From Euprymna scolopes (lineage: Eukaryota), in NCBI GenBank assembly GCA_053919585.1, contig CM132783.1: a stretch of 64,000 bases of DNA; one strand, 5' to 3'. The notes below the pieces were generated by a model. The model searched no databases and was not told the origin of the DNA. It saw nothing but the letters and a program-made list of their open reading frames with translations. Of the stretch, positions 38,101-48,191 are shown in pieces; the stretch's first letter is position 1; each line of letters opens with the position of its first letter. A program made the position numbers and the translations under genes.

Positions 38101-39147
38101 CTTGTGCCCCATTGATGTAGGTTCCCCCGACAGACCCGTAAAGCAGCTAAATCCCACTCCTTCACAGTAGAGATCCCTAGATGCAAGAGAGCCTTCTACT
38201 CCAGTAGTTTCTTCCCCAGAACTGCTAGACTTTGGAATTCCCTTCTGGGTCCCTGCTTCCCCGACTGTACTGACATGCACAAGTTCAAGTGTAACGTGAA
38301 CCAACATCTTGCTGCCCAAATTCCTACACAGTACCCCTGATGCTGATGTTCCTAATAGTAGCCCCCTACACCAAAGTGGCAATGTGCCTTGTTTGGGGTG
38401 AAAATGCAAAAACAAAAAAAAATTAGCCAGTACAAATCCCAAAAGCAATCGGAGCCTTCTATCATGTCTGAAAGTGACACAATGTTTAATGAGCAAGATT
38501 GAAGATGCACCGCTGTACACCTCATGCTTTCTACCCTCAAAATGCAAATCCGTAAAGTTCAATGCTTGAGAGCACAGCTTAACAAAGGTTATGATCATTG
38601 ATGTGGTTTCAAGTGAGGGCCACATCATGCCACCTCATGTGTTCAAAGTCGGCTTGAAAGTCAGTACCAAAATATACCAAATGTGATAAAGAGTGTGGTG
38701 ATCTCCTGGTACAATCAGGTGGTCACTGGCAGACCCTGGATGTGGCAGCAGGACTCGGCACTGATCCGCAAGGCTTCAAAAGGAGTGCTACAACTTTGTA
38801 CCCATCTCTCATCACCTCTCCCCATCCTCCCCTGACCTGAATCTACTGGATTCTTCGTTTGGTCATATGTCGAGAACATCACCAACATGACCTCCCACAA
38901 CACTAAACCCAGCCTGATCACTGCCATCCGCTGAGTATTCACCAAGCTCCTGCCGACATTTGTGTAAAAGGCATGCTCCAGTTCTGGACCCGTACCGAGG
39001 TGGTGATTGAGGCTGAAGACGGCTACATTGAATAGATGTCAGCTCTACTACATAATCAAGTTACCTGATTAATTTTTTCAATAAAAGTTTTAAAATAAAG
39101 ATGTAATGTTGCTTTCTTTTGGGTGACAAAGTTATCGTTCCGCCCTG
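35137..39147 (+). mobile_element. Tc1/mariner (maT/DD37D-like) element disrupted by a LINE insertion
   Basis: TA-flanked TIRs cagcctggaacgataaaattgtcgccc / gggtgacaaagttatcgttccgccctg. Transposase remnants VVSSEGHIMPPHVF and GRPWMWQQDSA at about 38600-38760. Confidence 0.8.
35290..38422 (+). mobile_element. Second, mutated copy of LINE family A (stops, frameshifts, deletions)
   Basis: Fragment ORFs 35662-37957 align to the 969-aa ORF. Part of the 5' UTR and the 3' UTR hairpin plus A-tail are shared. Confidence 0.93.
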
Positions 39148-39565
39148 TATATTGTTGAACAACACTGAAACAAAATCTGTTGAACATTTATGACTAAAAC
39201 TTGGTGGACAAGTAAGAATGTATTTGTACCATAAATATGGTTGGATTTGCAGAAAAGGATTGTGAATTTTATTAATGATTCTATTGGTGTAACTTTATTT
39301 TTTTGATAGCATTTGAGTCACTTTGTATATATAAACTAGAATATCTGCCTCGGATTGCGTAAAATTATTCCCATAAGAGAACAGTTTTGCACCACTTTTA
39401 TCTCCTGAAATTCAAGATGTAATAATACTAAACCTTATGCCTAGAATCCTTATTCTAATTTTGATGAAAATCCATTATGCAATGATCTAGAATATGTTTA
39501 AAATTAAAGGCTTAAGCTTAAGCTGTAATTGGTGACAAATGATTATGGATCAACTTTAATGCATC

Positions 39566-39730
39566 AAGATGTGACACAAGGTTGGAGAATGAGGGGAAAT
39601 TCAACTCCTTTAAGGTTCTACTTTGGTTGGATGCAAAACATAGCTAAAAGTAGCTCTGTCAGCATTCCCTGGTAAAGGCACCTCAGGCAATCAGCAATAA
39701 ACTATTTCACCCTCCTGAAGAAAGTAGTAA
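39566..39730. repeat. Dispersed repeat, second copy at about 58730-58880
   Basis: Shared caagatgtgacacaaggttgga..aagtagctc..gcattccc..gcaataaa. Confidence 0.55.
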
Positions 39731-40043
39731 TCCTTGGTAAGGTGCAGTTCCTTGGATCAAATCGAACCATACCTCATTCAGAGAAAGGGTCTAATTGTTC
39801 AAATCAGCGTCTAGGTTGTCAGAATGATGTTAAAGCGAACTACAGTCTGTATGTTGGTATAACGATTCGTATACATCCAATTATTCTTCCAGACTTTTCG
39901 GACACATTACAATATATGTTGTGATTCAACATTCAATAATCAAAAAAATGGTTGATATGTCATAAAAATAAATAATTTAATTTTGTTTCTGATTTGGAAT
40001 TTAAATGAAATAAAATTCCTTGTGTTTTCTTTTTAATGTCTAG

Positions 40044-40129
40044 TTTGTAACTGTGCAGTCCATAAAAAATGCCACGACAAAATCCTGGGACGGTGTCCAC
40101 GCAGTGCAGTCAACAGCCGAGAAACAAAG
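40044..40129 (+). CDS. PRKCD: PKC exon: end of C1A ([29 protein letters not shown])
   Basis: gtctag acceptor, AAG|gtatgc donor. C1 His/Cys ligands present. Confidence 0.94.
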
Positions 40130-40369
40130 GTATGCATCTATTATAATAATGTGTTGTATATAATATAGTTAATATACTTCTTTTTTTTTTTTTTTTGCTT
40201 GTAATCAAAACACAAGAACAAGAACATTCTGTTAATAATTGAAAACGGGTTGGATTTTATAAAAAATAATTTTTTTTAAATTGAATGTTTATTAATTTGT
40301 ATAAATTTCTGAGGTAATCTAAACTTAAAATAACTTAATTTAGATTTAATTAATATATTTACTTTAATA

Positions 40370-40706
40370 TATGAGGTGCTTCAATAAGTTTCCAGACTTT
40401 TTTTTGTATTGGTACTTTTATTAATATAGTACACACAGCCTTTGAAGTAATCTCTTTCGGGTGCAATGCATTTGTTATACCGTTCCAACAACTTCTTGAA
40501 TGCCCCATGGAAGTCCGCTTGTGTAAGCATGTTAATGACCCACGTCACAGCTTTCTTCATCTTCTCAATTGTCTTATAAGGACAGCCTCTAAGGTTTTCC
40601 TTGAACTTAGGGAATAACCAAAAGACACAGGAAGCAAGGTCTTGACTCTAGGAATGGTAAGCAACTGTCTTGATGCCCATCTTGTTCAAATAGTCTTTGA
40701 CAAGGA
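40370..40706 (-). mobile_element. Mariner 3'-end fragment
   Basis: Minus-strand peptide DFHGAFKKLLERYNKCIAPERDYFK, followed by a terminal repeat. Confidence 0.7.
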
Positions 40707-41290
40707 TTGAGTTGTGGACTCGCGCATAATAGTAACGTTATTTACAATTTTGAATGTGGTTGCGGTGCCAACTACTTGGGTCGAATGACATTAAGATTAG
40801 ATGGAAGAATCCAACAACATGTACCCAGTAAAATTAGGAATGGAACCTACTGGGCAACGGACGTTGTTACTAACACATACAGGTCTTCAATTACTGATCA
40901 TTTACTTAAAAACCCATCTTGTGCAGCGAACTTTTGCACGGACTCTTTTTCTATTCTTAGTCGTGCTCATTCACAATATCACCATAAGATCTTGGAGACT
41001 ATTCACGTTCGACTTAGAAAACCTTCCCTTTGCAAGCAAAGGGAATGTTCCTGGGTTTGAACGTGATTAACCTCTAGGGTATTCGACCATAACGCTGTTT
41101 TATTTTAATCGTTTTCCCACTTTTTTTTTTCTCCCTGTAAATTGAATAAAACGCAATTTTAATCGCTTTTTCATTCTTTGTTTTAAAAATTCCCTTGATA
41201 CAGCTTAGAGAAGCGAGGGTCGAAACCAGTCAGCTGGTTCCCTATTCTTTTTCTTTCCTCTCCTGTTCCCCTTTTTCCCCCTTTTTGGAG
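40707..41290 (+). mobile_element. 5'-truncated Penelope-like element: GIY-YIG endonuclease remnant plus pLTR, ending in a TA-rich tract
   Basis: SNVIYNFECGCGANYLGRMTLRLDGRIQQH..SSITDHL..FSIL..ILE..KPSLCKQ. Confidence 0.82.
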
Positions 41291-41381
41291 AGAAGATTAA
41301 AGGAATATATATCTATCTATATTTATATATATACAAATTTACTTTTAATCATGAATCATAAAAGTCTTCCCTTCCTAATTG

Positions 41382-41419
<38 letters not shown>

Positions 41420-41488
41420 TGAAAACAAAGGTATGTAGTGTTTACCGGATATACGCAATGGTAAAAATCAAACTAAAATAAATAACAG

Positions 41489-41562
<74 letters not shown>

Positions 41563-41639
41563 AGCTTAAAATAAAGAAATCAAAATAAAAATCCCAGTTA
41601 ATCATTTTGTTATATTTCTTTCTTTTGTTATAATTGCAG

Positions 41640-41769
41640 ATGCTTACAGAAAGATTCAAAATTGACGTTCCCCATCAGTTCAAAGATAACAACTACATGA
41701 CCCCAACGTTTTGCGACCATTGTGGCTCCTTACTCTACGGCCTATTGCGGCAAGGCCTTAAATGCCAAT
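41640..41769 (+). CDS. PRKCD: PKC exon: C1B first part ([43 protein letters not shown])
   Basis: ttgcag acceptor, T|gtacgt donor. Canonical C1B sequence. Confidence 0.95.
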
Positions 41770-41934
41770 GTACGTAAAAATGACCTTTTTTATTTTCCAT
41801 CACTTTTGATACGAATACTAAACAGAGAAAGATTCTTTATGAATATTCAACATTCAGTAAAAATTGAAACAATAACAACATGCATTTGAAATTTGAGATT
41901 TGTTGTCATTCAGACTCCAGTGGTTATTGTCATT

Positions 41935-43688
41935 AATGAGGCGAAGGTGGAAAATAAAGTGTGAAAAAAACCTGACACGTTACCCGCTCGGCCAGCAAGG
42001 GAGAGTAACAGAAAAACGTTTGAATTTATTTAAGGATTAAAACTGAATTGACAGGTGCCCGTATTTAATGAGGTAAAATAGAAATCCCGTGGTTTACTTT
42101 TACTGTGAGGCAGTTTTTTTGGGTGTGTTTACACAACTTTGGCTGGTTTTGTTTCCCCAAGATGTTTGGGGGGGGGGGGCAGCTCCCTATAAAAAGGGAT
42201 TGTCCAAATTGAATAGCATTGTCTGATATAAAGGGTTTGTTTACCCCGCATTAATCAAAAGCTGATTGCTTTCTGGTCGTTCCTGGCTTTCGTGTCGGGA
42301 ACGATTGCCTTCGCTCCAGATTAGTTTCACTTTTATATGAAAAAACGGAACCAACATGAGAGAAGCTAAAATAGCATGAATTTTGTAAACGTCAATGTAA
42401 ATAAATCTAGATGCAACGCGTGTTTGCAAATCGTAGATATTATAATCTAGGGGGTATATAAACAGTTCTAAGAAAGTGAAAGAAAACCTGACGTCTTACC
42501 CCTACTCCATGATGCGACCAGAAGTTCGGAACATTAAAATTAGGGAAAATCAATCCAACCAATATGATTACTTGCAAAAATGGTTTGCAAAAAATCAACC
42601 TTTCTTTGTAGAAAACTACCCAGTTGAGGGGTGAAGGAATTAATGTTTTTGGACAATTTTTCAATATTTGCTGTCCGAAGGGTTGAGCTCCAAAATGATA
42701 TCGATCTCGTGAAAACCCATCGCCTTTGTCAAAAGTTTTAGGCAGACATACAAAAATACATACATTTAAACAGACAGGTGAGATTTATATTATAGACTGG
42801 GGGGGGGGGGGGGTACCCGGCATTGCATGAGTGTTTGGAGGTGTGTGTGGTTGTTAATGAAAACCTAAGAATAAGCGAAGTAAAAAAAGAAAATAGAAAA
42901 ACGAACGTTAAAACTTATCTGAAAAATAAAGCAGGGGGTACCCGGGCGGTGGGTAATCAAAACATTGAAAAAAAAACTAACGTAAGGCAAACGAACGATG
43001 GTAAATGTAAAATCGAAAAAACAAAAACAAAAAAGAAAACAGAAAAACGAACGTTAAAACTAAAAATCAAAAAAAAAAAAACATGTGAAAAATGGCTTAA
43101 ATAAGCCTGTTTCGATATTAAAATTTAAAAAATCGGTGGGTACCCGGGTGTTTTTGGGTGTGTGTTTGTACGGTGGGGGGTGTTAATGAAAACCTAAGAA
43201 TAAGTGAAGTAAGAAAAAAAAAAAAAAAAAACGAACCTTACGTGAAAAATGGCTTAAATAACCCTGCTTCAATATTTAAATTTAAAAAATCGAAAAAAAA
43301 AAAGAAAAAGATATCTCACACCACGATTAGAACCCAAAACGTTTAGATAATGACCCAACACTCTAACCAACTGAGCTAACGTACATGAAATTGTGTCAGT
43401 TCTTCAACTATTTAAACTAAATCAGGTCATGACGTCATCTGACACATGCGTAGAACTGATCTCGTCATGAGAGGACGGTTTTTGTTGACACCCCCCCCCC
43501 TTGTAGAAAATTGTTGATTTCAGGGTGAAAAAATTAACGTTTTTGGCCAATTTTTCGATATTTTTCGGGCGAAGGATGGAGCTTCAATATGATACCAAAT
43601 TTGTTAATTTTTGTTCTGTCTGTCGAGCGTTTTTAGCGGACACACAAGCACACATACATACATACATTTTCGCTTTTATATATATAGA
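41935..43688 (-). mobile_element. Cluster of Helitron-like elements related to 29495-31370
   Basis: Shared blocks (aattaatgtttttgg.caatttttc.atatt, gtacccgg hairpins). Units end tataGA at 42796 and 43688. Confidence 0.6.
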
Positions 43689-43929
43689 TGTTTTATTTTG
43701 ATGTCCTTCTACCACATACACACATGCACATTTAAAATGAATGAATCAGATTCCTCTAAGAATGAGTTGGCATAATAATAATAATACTAAATTAATACAT
43801 AATAATAATAATAATAATAAATTAATACACTATAATAATACTGAAAAACCAATTCTCACTGACAAAAACTGGCCTAATTGACCCCCAAAGAATAAATACA
43901 TTTTTCTAAATCTGACATATATCTATGTC

Positions 43930-44190
43930 AGTCACCTTAGGTGGGTTGCACCAGCTTCCTCCGAAAGAGAGTGTCAAGGGAAGATTAAATTCACAAATAG
44001 TTCCCATTCGCATGTATATCCCAGTTAGGGAAATGATGACGTTAAGTTTTTGAAATTCTTGCAAGGTGTCAACATCCTCCTGCATACAGCCTCTGGTATT
44101 CCCAAGTGGTTACCCATTTGGTACTGACCAAGCTCAATGTTGCTTAACTTTGGTAATCTACTGACAATCAGTGTGTCAATGTGACATACA
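43930..44190 (-). mobile_element. 5S rRNA-derived SINE3-like element (5S part 44084-44190)
   Basis: Minus strand aagttaagcaacattgagcttggtcagtaccaaatgggtaaccacttgggaataccagaggctgta matches the 3' half of 5S rRNA. Confidence 0.7.
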
Positions 44191-44385
44191 AACATACACA
44201 TGAACGATTGCCCTTAAGAAGATAATAGAAAAAAATATTGAAAATGTTTGCTTGGTCCATAAAATGTCACTTCATGTTATTGTTATATATTTTCAATGTC
44301 TGTTGTGTTCAATGTAAATTCTTTTTGATTTCATATCATTTTATTTGAGTGAAGAAACCGTTTTTGTCTTGTTTTTCTTTATCAG

Positions 44386-44531
44386 CATGTGGCATTAATG
44401 TCCACAAGAAATGTAAAAAGTATGTTTCGAATTTGTGTGGCATTAATCAGAAATTACTGGCTGAGGCATTACACAACGTCCGTAAGTCAGGAGCGCCCAA
44501 AAAACCGTCCTCTGGTAAAGGCAAACAGGAG
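44386..44531 (+). CDS. PRKCD: PKC exon: end of C1B and start of hinge (SCGINVHKKCKKYVSNLCGINQKLLAEAL..)
   Basis: ttatcag acceptor, GAG|gtaaga donor. NLCGINQKLLAEAL is typical of PKC delta/theta. Confidence 0.95.
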
Positions 44532-44559
44532 GTAAGAAAAACCACTTTTTGCTTTTTTT

Positions 44560-44880
44560 GAACCTCAGTTTTCATTTTTTTTTTTTTTTTTTTTTGAACC
44601 TCAGTTTTCATTTTATTTAATTTTTTTTGAACCTCAGTTTTCATTTTAATTTTTTTTGAACCTCAGTTTTCATTTTAATTTTTTTTTTGAACCTCAGTTT
44701 TCATTTTATTTAATTCTTTTTTTGAACCTCAGTTTTCATTTTATTTTTTTTTTTGAACCTCAGTTTTCATTTTATTTTTTTTATTTTTTTAAACCTCAGT
44801 TTTCATTTTATTTTATTTTTTTTTTTGAACCTCAGTTTTCATTTTATTTAACTTTTTTGAACCTCAGTTTTCATTTTATT
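44560..44880. repeat. Minisatellite, 10 copies of gaacctcagttttcatttt plus variable T/A tract (about 29-37 bp)
   Basis: Direct reading. Confidence 0.92.
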
Positions 44881-45476
44881 AATTTTTTTAAACAATTAAA
44901 AAAAAATTCGGGTTTGTTCAGACCCCTCCCCCTGCACTATTAAAAAACAAAAGAAAAATATGTACATACACATGACAATTTTCTAAAATCTTGACTTGGT
45001 GTTATCTGTCTTGCTCGTACAGAATGTTTTCAAAATGGCATTGCCTTCACTCCATTTTGTCGTTTAGCCATACAATTTGATATTTTTATTTAAAAAAATA
45101 AAACTACTTAATCTGTTTATCTTATTCTTTGGTGTACAATATTTTCTTTTTGTCATGGATAGATTGTACAGATTTTTCTTTACCTTTGTTTTTGGGATCG
45201 AATTCTGGCCCAGCATAAAAAGATTAAACATTTTCTTTTTGATTACTTGAATTTCTGTATAAACTGTGGCAGAGAAACAATAGCATAATACAGATTTTAT
45301 TATCCTTATGGGACAGAATCCAAGGCAAAAGATCCGAGCATATATGAAATCTAGTAAAGCTTCTTTCTGAATCTAAAGCCTCTTATGACCAGTGATTAAC
45401 TTCAAATTTATAGCATCAATAAAACAGGCAGTTTGAACCACCCATCAGTGACAGGATGCTAGTGTGTTATCAGTCG

Positions 45477-45634
45477 GGTTAGGACAACAGAATATTTTTT
45501 TCATTGTTTTGAATTTTGAGTATGTGTTGATATCTTATATGCTATTATATAGAGTTATGTGGTTCTCAGTTGATTAACTGAGTTGGATATATACTCGAGA
45601 GTCAAAACAATAAGAATATTCTGTTGTCCTAACC
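45477..45634. repeat. Short inverted repeat
   Basis: ggttaggacaacagaatatt / aatattctgttgtcctaacc, with internal palindrome ctcagttgattaactgag. Confidence 0.7.
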
Positions 45635-46631
45635 TAGTTATCAGTTTTACTGCCTAAGAAAGTGAGTACTAAAAAGAAACTTGATAGTCAATATGATGAA
45701 AATGATAGAAATAGTATTCGGATGAGAGAGAGATAAAGAAGGAACAAGCCATTTTCGGGGGGGGGGGGCTTCATGGAATAAATAAACTTTGCTGTTTTAA
45801 AAGATCCGCTGAAGAAAATAAATATTTTTTAATATAATTAGGGAAAATATGGTGTGAATATTTCAAACATTTAAATGTACTTTTGGGTATGATTTTTTCT
45901 TGTATACATTTAAGCAGACAAGTTTTTGGTGGGAGTTGGCAGTGACTAATATATTTTTTTGTATTTTTGCATCTTCTGCTTAAAAGTTTGGTGTTGCACC
46001 TTAGCAGAATGATGAGAATAATGGAAATAGGATTCTGGTGAGATAGGGAGATAAAAACGGAACAAACCAAAACTAAAATAAATAGTCAGTATAAAAATGT
46101 AAAACCTTGAAATTGTGGTTATAAAAAATTTTTCAATGGAGATCAATTTAATTCAGCTAAATTAAATTAGCTTAATACATTGACCAGATTTTACGTTCAA
46201 ATTATGTATCTCTTAAGACCCTCTTTTCCCACTCTTGTGATCCAATATTGTGTTATATCATAGAAAAAAGAACCATGAAACAGACAAAATGTAGATAACT
46301 ACTGTATTAAGTAGTTTAATAAGAACAAATAGTAAATGTTAGTACAAGTCCATGTTAATGGAATACACATTGTCCGCACACTTTTTTATATCTCCCAGTG
46401 ACTAGAAGTCAAATGGTACATGCCACGCCACAATACCTTGTTTATATACAAAATTTCAAGTTTCTTTTACTCTATTTTGCTATTCTGATGAGAAAAGTAT
46501 TAATTTTAGAAACTCCATGGATTAAGGAAAAACTTTGAACATTCATCTTTTAAGTTTTTATATATATCTATACAATAAATTCCACAGCCAAACAACGTCG
46601 TAGCCCACAAGAGCCATGACAGTCAAAGAAC

Positions 46632-46688
46632 CGGAAGTCCAAGACTCGAGTTTCGCCCTCATTTAGGCTCATCAGTTAGACACATCCG
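46632..46688 (-). ncRNA. Type-I minimal hammerhead ribozyme (mirror copy)
   Basis: Same core; stem II is GCCU/GGGC, so the one difference becomes a G-U wobble. Confidence 0.83.
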
Positions 46689-47067
46689 AACTCAGGATTC
46701 GAAACCCGAGCCTCTTGCATGCAAGGCAAACACTCTACCAACTGAGCAAATGCCCTGCACACAAGAATTTCTATTAACCAACACAGATCAAGCAAACCGC
46801 GCCGAAATCAGACTGTAAAATGAACCTACTTCGTCTCGACAAGGGACGCGGTCATCCAACCAGCTAATAACCCCAAGCCGATGTCTCACAAGTAGGAGTG
46901 CGAGTCAAAAAAACCCAAAAAAAACTCCTACTTGTGAGATATCGGCTTGGGGTTATTAGCTGGTTAGATGACCGCGTCCCTTGTCGAGACGAAGTAGGTT
47001 CATTTCACAGTCTGATTTCGGCGCGGTTTGCTTGATCTGTGTTGGTTAATAGAAATTATTGTGTGCA

Positions 47068-47132
47068 GGGCGTTTGCACAGTTGGTAGAGTGCTTGCCTT
47101 GCATGCAAGAGGCTCGGGTTTCGAATCCTGAG
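47068..47132 (+). promoter_or_regulatory. tRNA-Ala(TGC)-derived Pol III internal promoter (mirror copy on minus strand, 46691-46755)
   Basis: A-box/D-arm gc(t/a)cagttggtagag. Anticodon arm cttgc-cttgcat-gcaag. T-arm ctcggg-tttcgaat-cctgag. No 3' acceptor strand. Confidence 0.75.
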
Positions 47133-47134
47133 TT

Positions 47135-47191
47135 CGGATGTGTCTAACTGATGAGCCCAAATGAGGGCGAAACTCGAGTCTTGGACTTCCG
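47135..47191 (+). ncRNA. Type-I minimal hammerhead ribozyme; predicted cleavage after 47180 (GUC)
   Basis: GUCUAA-CUGAUGA-GCCC(AAAUGA)GGGC-GAAA-C(UCGA)G-UC^-UUGGAC. Stem I extends via CGGA/UCCG across an internal loop. Confidence 0.85.
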
Positions 47192-47604
47192 GTTCTTAGA
47201 CTGTCATGGCTCTTGTGGGCTGCGACGTTATTTTGCTGTGGAATTTATTATATACAATCTCTCACATTCTGAAAATCATATATATAAAGATATTTTCTTT
47301 ATTAGCTTCATGTAATATATTTTAATATATAGTTTTTCAATAATAAAAAATAATGGCATAAGACGGATTTTCCACGTTTTTTAATTCAATAACATTTTTT
47401 TATGTTTTTTGTTATGTTTCTGTTAACTTTAAATATCTCATTTTCTTTTATCAACATTTTTTTTTTTTTACAAAATCCTTTACTATTCAAAAAAAAACAA
47501 AAAAACCTTTTGATCTATTTTCTGAGAAATATACTTTTGTCTCTGGTGAATTGTTTGGTGAGTTTTTTCTAATCAACGAAACATTCTTCAAGACAGTTCA
47601 TAAA

Positions 47605-47682
47605 AAAATATGAATGAGAATTAAATACATCTTCTTGCTTTTAAAATGAATAATGAACATTTTTGAACATATGAATAATGAT

Positions 47683-47718
<36 letters not shown>

Positions 47719-47849
47719 ATATGAATCATTATTCAACATTTTAAAAGCAAGATGTATTTAATTCTCATTCATATTTTATTCATATAAATAATATTATATT
47801 CATAAAAAAGTGGATTATATATATATATATATATAAAATCCACTTTTTT
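47605..47849. repeat. Two foldbacks centred on (TA)n tracts (47605-47777 and about 47804-47849)
   Basis: aaaatatgaatgagaattaaatacatctt / aagatgtatttaattctcattcatatttt, and aaaaaagtggatt / aatccactttttt. Confidence 0.75.
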
Positions 47850-47993
47850 TAAATTCAAATTTAATAGGTCTCCTGATTAAAATAACAGCTGCCTGATCAG
47901 GCATAATTAAAAACAAAAATGATTATATGTCTGTTAATATTTTGTTATTATCTATATATAATATCTATATATGTGTATATATATTTTTTATAG

Positions 47994-48140
47994 AGCACTT
48001 CCGGCAAGGCGAATACAGGAGAGGACTCAGATTCTGATGAGTATATGCATTGGGATGAAATGTCCTCGCCGTCTGCGCGAAAGTATAAGTTGGAAGACTT
48101 CAATATACTCAAGGTGTTGGGCAAAGGTAGTTTTGGTAAG
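47994..48140 (+). CDS. PRKCD: PKC exon: hinge and Gly-rich loop (..LEDFNILKVLGKGSFGK)
   Basis: ttttatag acceptor, AAG|gtgagt donor. GxGxxG motif. Confidence 0.93.
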
Positions 48141-48191
48141 GTGAGTATCACTCTAGTTATAATTCTAAATTCAAAGTAAGTATATATATTA

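Larger units (their letters stand above)
46569..47254. mobile_element. 331-bp inverted repeat (arms 46569-46899 and 46924-47254) carrying a tRNA-like promoter and a hammerhead ribozyme
   Basis: Arms are reverse complements with 13 mismatches by manual count and no indels; 24-nt spacer; TA-rich flanks. Confidence 0.93.

Noticed and set aside
38002-38628. 208-aa minus-strand ORF and other short ORFs overlapping LINE copies
   Set aside because: Antisense or off-frame shadows of LINE and transposase sequence with no recognisable motifs.
41421-41436. gaaaacaaag|gtatgt resembling the end of exon 40044-40129
   Set aside because: Short match with no upstream acceptor or coding similarity; probably chance.
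47068-47140. Functional tRNA-Ala gene
   Set aside because: No 3' acceptor strand complementary to GGGCGTT and an extra T in the T-loop. It is a tRNA-derived segment.
47994-48060. Caspase-3 site in the hinge, as in mammalian PKC delta DMQD
   Set aside because: EDSDSDEY is acidic but has no DxxD register.
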